IMG/VR virus record: IMGVR_UViG_3300005528_000053
Strand: one strand, 5' to 3'
From: an uncultured virus (IMG/VR IMGVR_UViG_3300005528_000053)
Taxonomy: Duplodnaviria; Heunggongvirae; Uroviricota; Caudoviricetes
Length of the DNA: 64,000 nt
Below are positions 1-8,827 of the stretch, piece by piece. The notes under the pieces were generated by a model. That model saw only the letters and a list, made by a program, of their open reading frames with translations. It was not told the DNA's origin and made no database searches. Position 1 is the first letter of the stretch. Each line of letters starts with the position of its first letter. Made by a program: the position numbers and the translations under genes.

Positions 1-1170
1 TTGGAAACAGCTAACAATCTGAGAGTATGCATCGTTAATAACTCGCCAACCTGTACCGCCAAAACTTAACATGGTAAACGCATTAGCAACCATGGATTTA
101 CCTTGACTTGGTGCCGGACCGCTTACGGGATTTTCAACTTCTAACTGGGTCGGTGAAGTGTTAGGATCTATAACTTTACTACCGTCAATCAATACACCAT
201 TACCGCCTAAGAAACTGATAATAGAACAGTTCTGAATGTATGGAGAAGTTGTAATAACTGGTTTTGTGCTTGGTAGATATGTGTAACCTACTCTGCTAGT
301 ACCTGCATCGGTGTAATCGTCAAACGATACTGTATAGTCCCATGTAAATTGCGGAACAAAGCTGGCATCAACTGCATCTCTAAATGTCATTTCTGCAAAA
401 TAACAACCGTTACGCACACGTAACATATCTTTATTTGCATTCAGTGGTCTAATAATACAACTTCTTAGACCGTCACCTTTAACAACAACATTGTCTGGTA
501 CAATAATTGGGTTGTCTTCAGAATAGTCGCCGGCTGCTACTGAAACAATTACTCTAGTACCGTTAACTGCTCCCCCCGACGTGTAAACAAGTGCCGAAGC
601 TAGTTGTAGCGCACGTTTAACAGTTTTAACCGGAGCACTAACTCCGTCATTTAAATCGTTACCTTTAGCATCTGACACATAAATTCTATTACCGCCAAAT
701 GTATCTACATCTCTAAAACTAAGATTACCTGATCCATCAGTTCCTAATACTTGTCCAATAGATCCTGTTGCTGTAGGTAATGTTAAGGTGTAATCTGCAA
801 CAAGAGTGTCAGGTGCTTTGATGCCTATATAATTGGAGCCATTGGCAGTAAGTTCACTTAATTTTATACTGTTGGCATTTTCGACTACAATGTCGCCGTG
901 CGATTGGACTTCTGTTGGGGTTATGATAAGTTGATCAGCGCCGTCAATTGTAGCCTTAATATTGCTTGTTGTAACACCATCATCGTAAGCTTCTATTTTT
1001 GTGTCGCCTTGGAATGATCGTTTTGTAATATCACTAACAGTTGTATCTTCTTTTTTAATGAAAACTTTACCGTCAGCCGTATTAATTACAAATTCTCCAG
1101 TGTCAAGTTGCCCGTCTGTGGGAGCTACACCAGATGTTGTTGACCGTTTGTGTCTAATACGAGTTGACAT
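1..1170 (-). CDS. Virion structural / tail-fibre-like protein with pectin-lyase-like beta-helix region (partial, runs off the left edge)
   Basis: Not in the ORF track. ATG at 1170 overlaps the upstream TAA (TAATG) and the frame is open to base 1: MSTRIRHKRSTTSGVAPTDGQLDTGEFVINTADGKVF...RIYVSDAKGNDLNDG..APVKTVKRAL..VSVAAGDYSEDNPIIVPDNVVVKGDGLRSCIIRP. This pattern is typical of phage fibre and beta-helix proteins. Confidence 0.7.
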   Translation of the reverse strand, partial: MSTRIRHKRSTTSGVAPTDGQLDTGEFVINTADGKVFIKKEDTTVSDITKRSFQGDTKIEAYDDGVTTSNIKATIDGADQLIITPTEVQSHGDIVVENANSIKLSELTANGSNYIGIKAPDTLVADYTLTLPTATGSIGQVLGTDGSGNLSFRDVDTFGGNRIYVSDAKGNDLNDGVSAPVKTVKRALQLASALVYTSGGAVNGTRVIVSVAAGDYSEDNPIIVPDNVVVKGDGLRSCIIRPLNANKDMLRVRNGCYFAEMTFRDAVDASFVPQFTWDYTVSFDDYTDAGTSRVGYTYLPSTKPVITTSPYIQNCSIISFLGGNGVLIDGSKVIDPNTSPTQLEVENPVSGPAPSQGKSMVANAFTMLSFGGTGWRVINDAYSQIVSCFQ

Positions 1171-1664
1171 TAAATTGTTCCTCCGTCAATGACGTCTGTC
1201 CATGTTGGTATGTTTGAACCGTCAGTGGTTAAAATTCCATAACTTGTTGTGGCATTTGATCCTGGATTACTAGCGGCAGTAACTTGTAATGCGCCAGTAG
1301 TGTTTCCAAATATTATACCGTTCGCTGTAAATGTTCCAGCGCCAGTGCCTCCATATTGCACTGCTAAATCTGTTCCTAAACTTAATTCGGTTGCATATAC
1401 ATTACCGGTCAGTCCGTCAATAATTGTAGTTGAATCGTCAGCAAATACTGAACCTATTAAGTCTCCAATCAGTCCGCCAGTTGCAGATATTGTCCCAGAT
1501 AAAGTTAATGATGATGCTTGAATAGTGTTTGCAACTAGTAAACCGCCATTTACTGTTACTGTTGAAGTTGGATTTAGCTCAATATTGCCGTCAGACGTAA
1601 CTACTAGTCTGTTAGCAGTTATTAAATTACCACTTAAACTTTGTCTTAATAGTGTACCTGCCAT
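1170..1664 (-). CDS. Putative virion structural protein (G/T/S-rich, fibre-like)
   Basis: 164-aa ORF with an LAVQYGGTGA motif and a C-terminal IDGGTI, both typical of phage fibre segments; coupled to its neighbours. Confidence 0.6.
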   Translation of the reverse strand: MAGTLLRQSLSGNLITANRLVVTSDGNIELNPTSTVTVNGGLLVANTIQASSLTLSGTISATGGLIGDLIGSVFADDSTTIIDGLTGNVYATELSLGTDLAVQYGGTGAGTFTANGIIFGNTTGALQVTAASNPGSNATTSYGILTTDGSNIPTWTDVIDGGTI

Positions 1665-1666
1665 AA

Positions 1667-1984
1667 TTAAATATCCACATAACTCACTGTCGCTGCTACT
1701 ACGCTAGGTGTTGAACAACTAGCTTGAATAGAACTGTTGGTTGATAAAATCATTCTTTCTGCTGAAAACACAAATGTATCGTTCGGATCAATTGGTACAG
1801 CACTCAATACTATATTAGTTGCACTAGGTGATGCTGATGGCTCGCAAACATATAAGTCTACGGTTACACCTGCACCACTATTATTACATAAAAATACTGT
1901 AGTCACTGCAATACTAGTACCTGCTGCAATTGTAGGAATTATGTTTTGATTACTTCCAGTTAAAAGTGTGTTTTTAATTGCCAT
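1667..1984 (-). CDS. Small putative virion protein (beta-rich)
   Basis: 105-aa ORF with a GGA RBS, in a tightly packed structural operon. Confidence 0.6.
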   Translation of the reverse strand: MAIKNTLLTGSNQNIIPTIAAGTSIAVTTVFLCNNSGAGVTVDLYVCEPSASPSATNIVLSAVPIDPNDTFVFSAERMILSTNSSIQASCSTPSVVAATVSYVDI

Positions 1985-1993
1985 TTGAATTCC

Positions 1994-2986
1994 TTATAAA
2001 ATTAATGAGTACAACAAAGATTTTGTTTTACTGATTAATTCATCTGTTGTTCCGCCTTCGTTAATAAAATATAATCCTGTGCCGCCGTTGCCTTCTCCTG
2101 CTTTTGCGTAAATCTTTTTGTAGCCAGCTCTTAGTGCAGGGTCAGATGCTTGATTTTCTAAATTCATATAAGCATCAAAATCAATATTATTTGTAGTTGC
2201 TGTAATAATTAAATTACCTGTAGTAGTTGTAACAGTACTGCTAGATAAATTTAAATTGTTTACATTAAGACCAGTTGAGTTAATAAAGGCTTTCTGTACT
2301 CCGTGTACTAGAAAATCAACTTTATTTGCTAAAGATACTGCGCCAGTATCTGTTACTTGAACTGATGTAATTAACGGATTGCTTCCTGATTTTATTCTAT
2401 CACTAGTAGTATTAGTTACATAAGATTGTACATAATCTACTAATGCTTTCATGTTTGGAACTATATCATCGCCTTTACTTGTATACGGAATTGCACTATA
2501 GTTAATAACTTGTTGTTCGTAGTTAACTGTATTTTTAACTGTTATAACTCCAGTACCGTTACCTATAAGATTTAGATCTTGATTGGTTCCTGTTTTAATG
2601 CTGTTAGTTTTAATACCTAATAAAGATCCGTCAGCTTCCTCAAAAACCCATGTACCAAAAGTAGTTAGAGCAGTTGAAGGATCGTAATGAGATTCTGTTT
2701 CTTTAAACAATAATCTTGCATCGCTGTACGCACCACGTTGAATATTAACACCGGCAGAGTTCCCGTTTTGAGAAACTCCGTTACCTTGTTCGCCGGCATT
2801 AATTTCAATAACATTGTCAGTGACAGTTAGATTAGTTGACTGAACTGTAGTCGTTGATCCGGTAACTAATAGATCGCCGTTTACGGTAATAAGCCCATTT
2901 CCGTCCGACGTATCTAAAAATATACTACTACCATTATCAACGACTATTTTGTAGTCGCCGCCAGTTACTCTAACTATCTTTGACAT
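1994..2986 (-). CDS. Putative virion structural protein
   Basis: 330-aa ORF; the segment GDLLVTGSTTTVQSTNLTVTDNVIEIN resembles one in the fibre protein at 45995..47914. Confidence 0.6.
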   Translation of the reverse strand: MSKIVRVTGGDYKIVVDNGSSIFLDTSDGNGLITVNGDLLVTGSTTTVQSTNLTVTDNVIEINAGEQGNGVSQNGNSAGVNIQRGAYSDARLLFKETESHYDPSTALTTFGTWVFEEADGSLLGIKTNSIKTGTNQDLNLIGNGTGVITVKNTVNYEQQVINYSAIPYTSKGDDIVPNMKALVDYVQSYVTNTTSDRIKSGSNPLITSVQVTDTGAVSLANKVDFLVHGVQKAFINSTGLNVNNLNLSSSTVTTTTGNLIITATTNNIDFDAYMNLENQASDPALRAGYKKIYAKAGEGNGGTGLYFINEGGTTDELISKTKSLLYSLIL

Positions 2987-2999
2987 GTTTATTTCCTAA

Positions 3000-3416
3000 T
3001 TATACTGCGGTTAATGTTAACTGTGTCGATGTTGAATCGTCGTCAACAGTCCATGTATAACGATTGTCACTCCAGTCGTATGCATAGTGCGCTGTTAGTC
3101 TTTTAACTCTAACAGATCCTGCGCCAACTACGGCACCAATAATATTCATTTGTCCAGCAGTTAATGAACCAGTTGCTACGTCAACATTAGTACAGACAAA
3201 TGCTGTACCAGCAGTTATTTCTGCTTCAATTGTAGTAACGGCTGAGTTAGAACCTGTGGTATTGTTTTTACAAGCAAATTTATTACGACTTGTCTGCTTT
3301 AGAATATTTCTATCCTGTCTAATAGCAGTTCCATCGTGGAAGTTACATTTGATTGATTGATCTGGATTTTCGTTGCTTAAAGACCCGAAGTGTCTTTTGT
3401 TAAGAGGGCGTCCCAT
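3000..3416 (-). CDS. Hypothetical virion-associated protein
   Basis: 138-aa ORF with a strong AAGGAG RBS, downstream of a late-promoter motif and a structured leader. Confidence 0.65.
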   Translation of the reverse strand: MGRPLNKRHFGSLSNENPDQSIKCNFHDGTAIRQDRNILKQTSRNKFACKNNTTGSNSAVTTIEAEITAGTAFVCTNVDVATGSLTAGQMNIIGAVVGAGSVRVKRLTAHYAYDWSDNRYTWTVDDDSTSTQLTLTAV

Positions 3417-3430
3417 TTGTTTTCTCCTTT

Positions 3431-3500
3431 ATGTTGACGTTCTAAGTCTACGCGGCGGGCTACCGCATAAGTCTCATTGCTGAGTTCTATAATAGACATA
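3431..3500 (-). ncRNA. Candidate structured 5' leader RNA (multi-stem)
   Basis: Minus strand: GUCUA/UAGAC closing helix, CUCA-GCAA-UGAG GNRA hairpin and AUGCGG-loop-CCGCGU hairpin, lying between the ATAAATA motif and the RBS. Confidence 0.4.
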
Positions 3501-3501
3501 G

Positions 3502-3508
3502 TATTTAT
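3502..3508 (-). promoter_or_regulatory. T4-like late promoter motif (ATAAATA)
   Basis: Intergenic match to the core of the T4 TATAAATA late promoter; the motif recurs upstream of many structural genes in this window. Confidence 0.6.
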
Positions 3509-3522
3509 CCGTGCGGAGATTT

Positions 3523-4035
3523 CTACGAATCGTGGTATATTTTAATAGCTATAAAATCTATTAGACCTAGCTCACTGTGGGGGTAAAATAAATGAGGTTG
3601 TAGTTCTATTACTACACCAAACGATGGATCTTGGATTTCTTCGGCTGTCCAAACTCTGCCCCATAGATCGTTATTTGATCCGTAAGTTTGATCATTTTCA
3701 GCTTTAAGATTAAACTTGTTTTCCTCTATGATTTGATCTTGATAACATAAAGATATAAGTTTATCTTGTATTCTTGAAAGACGTTGTGTAACTAGTTGAA
3801 CTTCTATTCCTAAAATAGTACCTAAATTTTCAAAATTAAATTCTGTTGCCCAGACTTGTGCTGCAGAATTTCTAAAACTTACATTAGTGACTCCAGAAAT
3901 ATAGTATAATTCTTTATCAGTAAGTGCAAACCCATCAGGTCTTTTTATTGCATCTAAGTTTGTCCAATTTACATTGTCGTCGCCGGTTGGCATTTGAAAA
4001 ATAGTTTGTGGGGTTTTTCTAATTTCAGTAAGCAT
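3523..4035 (-). CDS. Hypothetical protein (possible beta-sandwich virion accessory protein)
   Basis: 170-aa ORF after the capsid-gene terminator, with its own GTAAATA motif at 4041-4047. Confidence 0.6.
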   Translation of the reverse strand: MLTEIRKTPQTIFQMPTGDDNVNWTNLDAIKRPDGFALTDKELYYISGVTNVSFRNSAAQVWATEFNFENLGTILGIEVQLVTQRLSRIQDKLISLCYQDQIIEENKFNLKAENDQTYGSNNDLWGRVWTAEEIQDPSFGVVIELQPHLFYPHSELGLIDFIAIKIYHDS

Positions 4036-4049
4036 AAAAATATTTACCT

Positions 4050-4078
4050 AAAAAAAAGGACTCCGAAGAGCCCTTTTT
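4050..4078 (-). terminator. Rho-independent terminator of the major capsid gene
   Basis: Minus strand AAAAAGGGCTC-TTCG-GAGTCC-T-run: a UUCG tetraloop hairpin followed by a U-tract. Confidence 0.9.
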
Positions 4079-4108
4079 AAAATTAAAAACTTTTGTAAAG
4101 TTTTTAGA

Positions 4109-5275
4109 TTAGCTAAACTTAACGTTAGCTGTAGTGATGTTAACAAGACCTAGGTAGTCAGCTGCGTTACCTAAAGAACTTGCTGTGTTGCTTAATTCAA
4201 CATATCCATAACGAGTCATAAAGCTTACGACTGGTTCGAATGTTGCTGGATCTAGAACAACACCACTGCTCATTAATGGAATATATGGGCAGTAGAATGC
4301 AGCAGCATCACTTTCGCTTGTACCTTTGTAACCAACTAGAACGTTATCAGTAGTTGCATAGCTGTTTACATAGATCTTCATTGCACTGTTCAATGTACCA
4401 ACAAACTTAGTGTTTGTAGGTGCTTCGAATGTACCTTCTGTTGTTCTTGCGAACGCAGAAGTTGTAGCACTTTGAAGGATTGTTAATGCTGTTGGGCTAA
4501 CAACTGCCCAGTTACCAGCACCGCGACGTGTACGCTGAGCGATCAAGTTAGCAACACGATTGATTTGAACAGCTAATGCAGCGTGTTCGTCACCAACGAA
4601 TGTAGCTGTACCTGATACAGCAGCTTGGTTGTATGTTTCAACAGCTGAACCAGCAAGAGTTGTTAGACTAGCTAGAACTTCTTGATCGATTTCAGCGGTA
4701 ATTTCTTGTGCTAAAGCAGCCATGATTTCTGCTTCGATGTCAATGCCTTGTTGAGCTTGTGCATCTTGAGCAGCTTCAAAAGTCCAACGAGCACTTAACT
4801 TACGAGTTTTTGCCTCGACAGTTTGCTTTAGGATTTGGATGCTTAGTTTGTTTCCAGCAGCACCTTCTAGAGTTGCTGTTGATGCACCTTTACCGGTACT
4901 TTCGTTACCGGAATATGCTTCAGCAATCTTGAATGGGCTTAATGCTTCTTCACCAGCAACAACACCAGCACCTGCTGAAGTTGTAGCATAGCGAACACGT
5001 AAAGTGTGAATTTGACCAACAGGTCCAGTCATTGGTTGTACACCAACTAGTTCGTTAGCAATAACTGTTGGCATTACTCGGCGGATAACCGGTAGAATAA
5101 CGCGATTCAGTGTTGCAACGTTTCCAGCAGAAGTAGCACCAGCAGAAGGACTCTCCATCAAATACTTACGAGTATTCTCAAGAGTGATTGACATTGTTGA
5201 TCTACGAGTGCCGGAAAGACCTTCTAAAAGGGCCTCTCTTGTTTCATTCCAACGGCCGTGTAGTAGTTCTGACAT
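4109..5275 (-). CDS. gp23: Major capsid protein (T4 gp23 family)
   Basis: Contains the gp23 motifs VGVQPMTGPVGQI, VEAKTRKL, EITAEIDQE, AFYCPYIPL and MTRYG; strong RBS; follows the scaffold and protease genes. Confidence 0.95.
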   Translation of the reverse strand: MSELLHGRWNETREALLEGLSGTRRSTMSITLENTRKYLMESPSAGATSAGNVATLNRVILPVIRRVMPTVIANELVGVQPMTGPVGQIHTLRVRYATTSAGAGVVAGEEALSPFKIAEAYSGNESTGKGASTATLEGAAGNKLSIQILKQTVEAKTRKLSARWTFEAAQDAQAQQGIDIEAEIMAALAQEITAEIDQEVLASLTTLAGSAVETYNQAAVSGTATFVGDEHAALAVQINRVANLIAQRTRRGAGNWAVVSPTALTILQSATTSAFARTTEGTFEAPTNTKFVGTLNSAMKIYVNSYATTDNVLVGYKGTSESDAAAFYCPYIPLMSSGVVLDPATFEPVVSFMTRYGYVELSNTASSLGNAADYLGLVNITTANVKFS

Positions 5276-5286
5276 TTAATTTCTCC

Positions 5287-6381
5287 TTAAATTTTTAATC
5301 CAGCGAGACGTCGTATATCTACAATATTTGAGTCGTTCTCGCTACTACCGAATTGATTTTCGTTTTTGTTACCTGTAACTTCTTTTGCCTCGACAAGTGC
5401 CTGTTTCTTCTGTGGAGCATTGCCAGCTATTACGGCTGGTAGGTACTTATTAAAACTATCATGTAGTTTTGATGTCTGTACGCTTTCTAACAATTCAACC
5501 ATGATTTCTTTATGGTCTGCACTTAGCGGACTTAATAATTCGTTCATTGCTGATTGACGTTCTTTGCTCTCCATAAGAGCTTTAATTTCTGCATTTTTAC
5601 CTTCGACAATTTTTTGTGCTTCTGCTGCTCTTGCTTTAGCTTCAGCAACTTCTAAATCTTTTTTGTCTACGATTTTTAGCAGTTTTGATGTTTCTGATTT
5701 TTCGCTTAGGTAACTTGTTTGGTATTCGCTAGCGAATGCTTCAAACACTTTACGTCCAAAATCATTTTTACGAGCAACATCGATATCTTCTTTCAGTTGT
5801 TTTAGTTCTTGAGTTAGACCTTTTTCAACTGTAGCTTCAACTAATTTTGCTGCTCTCTTAATAAATGCCTCTTTAATCTTTTCAAATTGCTCACGACCTT
5901 CGCGTACTACTCGTACTTTAGTCTCTGCTAGGTCTTGTTTGTCTGCGTAAAATTCTGCAATTTCTTGAGCCAAAGCTTCGACAACAAAGCTTTCAAGTTT
6001 CATAAACTTGTCAGCCATTTGAACTTGATCTTCATGCAATTCACGAACTTCAGCTGCTAGTTGACGAGCAATAAACTCTTTCACTTTTTCAGCATCTTTT
6101 TTCATTTTAACTGCATACTTGGCTTTTGCTTCTGCTAAGCCTCTGCGATCATCTTCAAACTCTGCGATTTCTTCTGCTAGTCTATCAGTTAACATACGGT
6201 CAATGGCTTCCACCATAACTTCTTTGTCATGCTCATAGCGTTGTGCAAATTCTTCGCGTAGTTGTTGGGTTACTTGTTCGCGATTCTCTGTAAGTCTCGC
6301 ATCCCAAGCAGCCTCAATCTCTGCTTTGATCTCTTCCGAAATCACATTGTTTTCCATCAGGGTTTTTAGTGCTTCCAACAT
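5287..6381 (-). CDS. gp22: Prohead core scaffolding protein (gp22-like)
   Basis: E/K/A-rich coiled-coil protein of 364 aa between protease and capsid genes, matching T4 synteny. Confidence 0.8.
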   Translation of the reverse strand: MLEALKTLMENNVISEEIKAEIEAAWDARLTENREQVTQQLREEFAQRYEHDKEVMVEAIDRMLTDRLAEEIAEFEDDRRGLAEAKAKYAVKMKKDAEKVKEFIARQLAAEVRELHEDQVQMADKFMKLESFVVEALAQEIAEFYADKQDLAETKVRVVREGREQFEKIKEAFIKRAAKLVEATVEKGLTQELKQLKEDIDVARKNDFGRKVFEAFASEYQTSYLSEKSETSKLLKIVDKKDLEVAEAKARAAEAQKIVEGKNAEIKALMESKERQSAMNELLSPLSADHKEIMVELLESVQTSKLHDSFNKYLPAVIAGNAPQKKQALVEAKEVTGNKNENQFGSSENDSNIVDIRRLAGLKI

Positions 6382-6393
6382 GTGATTCTCCTT

Positions 6394-7029
6394 TTATTGG
6401 AGTTTGCTTATTATACCTAATAAGCTCTCTTTGAGATACTGCTGCGCTCTAGGGTCACCTTGCACCTCTTTAGCAACACGTATGCTGCGATACCCTCCTC
6501 GGGTATTCATCAAATGTTCATAAATTGGTGTAGGGTAAGCGCCTGGAGCACTTGGTTGAGCCACCACATCAACTGTGATGATCTCAAAATCTGACACTTC
6601 ACCGGAACCGTCTTCTTTGACGTTTCCGGATCCGCGACTCGATACTCCTAATTTGACTCCACTCTCCAACATGGTCTTAACTAATTGGCCCATTGGGGTA
6701 GGTAGAATCTTTAATTTTCCATAACCATTTGGACCGTCCATCCACATCTCAGTAATCATGTGGCTAACTCTGTCCAAATTTACTTTCAAATCGTCAGGAT
6801 GATCAACTTCACCTAAAACCGAATATCCACCGCCGATTTGATCATTGAGGGTCTTGACAGCCTTGCCGATCTCGTTTACAGGATAAACTCGTTGATTTTG
6901 ATTTCTAATTCCGCCCTGAATGCAAATACCTTTCATGTAAAGATTTTTGCCATCGTGCGGATCAGACTCAACGATAATCTTCGCCTGATCAAACGATAAA
7001 TTTTCTCTTAGGTATGATGTTATTGTCAT
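6394..7029 (-). CDS. gp21: Prohead core protease (gp21)
   Basis: Motifs NQRVYP, LGEVDHP, VSHMI, GVSSRGSG and DVVAQPSAPGA. Confidence 0.93.
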   Translation of the reverse strand: MTITSYLRENLSFDQAKIIVESDPHDGKNLYMKGICIQGGIRNQNQRVYPVNEIGKAVKTLNDQIGGGYSVLGEVDHPDDLKVNLDRVSHMITEMWMDGPNGYGKLKILPTPMGQLVKTMLESGVKLGVSSRGSGNVKEDGSGEVSDFEIITVDVVAQPSAPGAYPTPIYEHLMNTRGGYRSIRVAKEVQGDPRAQQYLKESLLGIISKLQ

Positions 7030-7041
7030 CTAACGATCCTA

Positions 7042-7908
7042 TTAACGGCGGCCAATAATACTTTTTGTATTTGTTCCGCCTACTTCACCTGCGCCCTTTT
7101 TTTCTGCGCCGTGACCTTTGGTATTGTTCCACTTGGTAGCACTTTTGCTGCCTGGAGTGTTAACATTACCTGCATTGTTTTCTTTGGTTGAAGGATTTAA
7201 TAGTCCACCTTTGGTGCTTGCACTTTCAGGTTCTACTCCGCCTTTTGTAATATTAGCAGTTGTTCCGCCCATATTATTTTTACCAGCTACAATGCTTTTT
7301 GTGTTGTCAGCTTTTTCGCCTGCGCCTTTCTTTTCAGCGCCATGTCCTGCTGGTACTTTTTCTACGTACTCACGCATAAACATATCATCTTCCATTTTTG
7401 AATCTTCTTCGTCGTCCATGCCCATATCCATGTCGTCGTCGCCCATGTCGTCACCGCCCATGTCGTCACCCATGTCGTCATCGGACATTAGTTTTTCAAA
7501 TTCTGCTTTTAGATCTTCTAGAGCATCTTCTAAATCTTGTACGCGATCTTCTACATCGCCTTCGCCGTCCATGTCGTCGCCTGCTTCAATATCGCCCATG
7601 AAATCATCTGTAGCATCCATTGAATCATCATCTTCGTCGTCCATGCTCATTTCCATGTCGTCGCCTGCTTCGTCAAACGCAAAATTTTCTTCCATTTCTT
7701 CGTCGTCTTCGTTGCCAGTAGACTCGTCTACTTCTTCGTCGTCTTCATCTTTAGCTTCTTCAATATCGTCAAAGTCTTCTGCTAAAAGATTTTCATAGAT
7801 TTCGCGAGATTTTTCTACTACAATAGTGTGAAAAATTTCTTTGGCTTTTTCTTGGTCTTCGTTAATTAGGTATTCAAGCATCTGCTCGAATTTAGCGCGA
7901 TCAGTCAT
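7042..7908 (-). CDS. Highly acidic prohead-core-like protein (gp67/68 position)
   Basis: 288 aa with an extreme D/E/M-rich centre and a K/G-rich C-terminus; lies between portal and protease; GTAAATA motif at 7943-7949 and GGAG RBS. Confidence 0.65.
   Translation of the reverse strand: MTDRAKFEQMLEYLINEDQEKAKEIFHTIVVEKSREIYENLLAEDFDDIEEAKDEDDEEVDESTGNEDDEEMEENFAFDEAGDDMEMSMDDEDDDSMDATDDFMGDIEAGDDMDGEGDVEDRVQDLEDALEDLKAEFEKLMSDDDMGDDMGGDDMGDDDMDMGMDDEEDSKMEDDMFMREYVEKVPAGHGAEKKGAGEKADNTKSIVAGKNNMGGTTANITKGGVEPESASTKGGLLNPSTKENNAGNVNTPGSKSATKWNNTKGHGAEKKGAGEVGGTNTKSIIGRR
7428..7480. repeat. Coding tandem repeat (CCATGTCGTC units encoding GDDM repeats)
   Basis: About four 12-15 bp units inside the acidic ORF, all in frame. 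Confidence 0.75.
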
Positions 7909-7996
7909 ATTAGGTCTCCTGTAAGTTAAAAGGCTGTCGATTTATTTACGTGATATTTCAAAAAATAGTACTATAATGGTGTAAAAATTAAGTTTT

Positions 7997-8572
7997 TTAA
8001 TTCCATACTTGCATTAGTCTTCGAAATTCAGAATACTGCATGTGTTTAAAATTTTTAAACTTCCACAATGGATCGTGATATTTTTCTAAAACTAGTCTAT
8101 AAAACTTTGTATGTGGATGTTTTTTTATAACATTTTCTGTTTGTCTAAGCCAATTTCCATAGTATGTAGCATGATCTGTAGAGCGTTTATAATTTTCTGT
8201 ATCTGCATATACATTATTAAAATGAGTTTCGGTTCCTGTAAAATCAAACCCTAAAATAAACACTTCATCTGCTCCGTGAGTACAGGCCAATTGCAGTGCA
8301 GTTGGTCCAGAACTCCATCCTAGACTAGGTTTAAAAAAGTTCAATCCTTGAATATCTTTAAATCGAGCACTGTTATTTGTCCAAACTTGATTGTTTAGTT
8401 GGTACCCTGTTTTAGAAATTTCTAATATCATTTTAACATCTACAGCTATTAGATAATCCGGGTTAAAGGTTCTATATAGGGCGTTGCACCCGTAAATTGT
8501 CCCGTGGGGTCTAAGTTCTTCTGGTTGAATGCAGAGGCGGCTGCGCCCGTTTCCAAGTACAAAACTTCTCAT
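7997..8572 (-). CDS. Putative sialyltransferase/Maf/MptE-like (DUF115-type) fold protein
   Basis: Motifs FVLGNGRSR, IYGCNALYR, PDYLIAVD, GWSSGPTA and VFILGFDF. Confidence 0.6.
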   Translation of the reverse strand: MRSFVLGNGRSRLCIQPEELRPHGTIYGCNALYRTFNPDYLIAVDVKMILEISKTGYQLNNQVWTNNSARFKDIQGLNFFKPSLGWSSGPTALQLACTHGADEVFILGFDFTGTETHFNNVYADTENYKRSTDHATYYGNWLRQTENVIKKHPHTKFYRLVLEKYHDPLWKFKNFKHMQYSEFRRLMQVWN

Positions 8573-8579
8573 TTATTTG

Positions 8580-8819
8580 TTATGCAGGTGGTGCTTCAGG
8601 AACTTTGTACATGTCAGTAATGAATTCAAGCTCTTCTTCCTGTTCTAATATATGCTGTTCAGAGCTTTTTCTTAATTCATTAATTTGTTTTAGTGTTAAT
8701 CTTGTTTTTCTTGTGTCTTGTCGCGAGAGTACGCTTTCATCCTTAGAAGGATCATATCTCATGTCATTACCAAGACCTTTGATGTCTGGATCAATATAAA
8801 ATAATTCTCGCAATATCAT
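8580..8819 (-). CDS. Hypothetical protein in the head module
   Basis: 79-aa ORF directly downstream of the portal gene; ATAAATA motif at 8825-8831. Confidence 0.65.
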   Translation of the reverse strand: MILRELFYIDPDIKGLGNDMRYDPSKDESVLSRQDTRKTRLTLKQINELRKSSEQHILEQEEELEFITDMYKVPEAPPA

Positions 8820-8827
8820 AATAATAT

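Noticed and set aside
7118..7798. 226-aa plus-strand Ser-rich ORF
   Set aside because: Antisense shadow of the acidic low-complexity gene, with no RBS or independent coding signal.
7945..7980. Plus-strand TATAAT at 7972-7977 as an antisense sigma70 promoter
   Set aside because: No acceptable -35 hexamer at 16-18 nt spacing; probably a chance match in AT-rich DNA.
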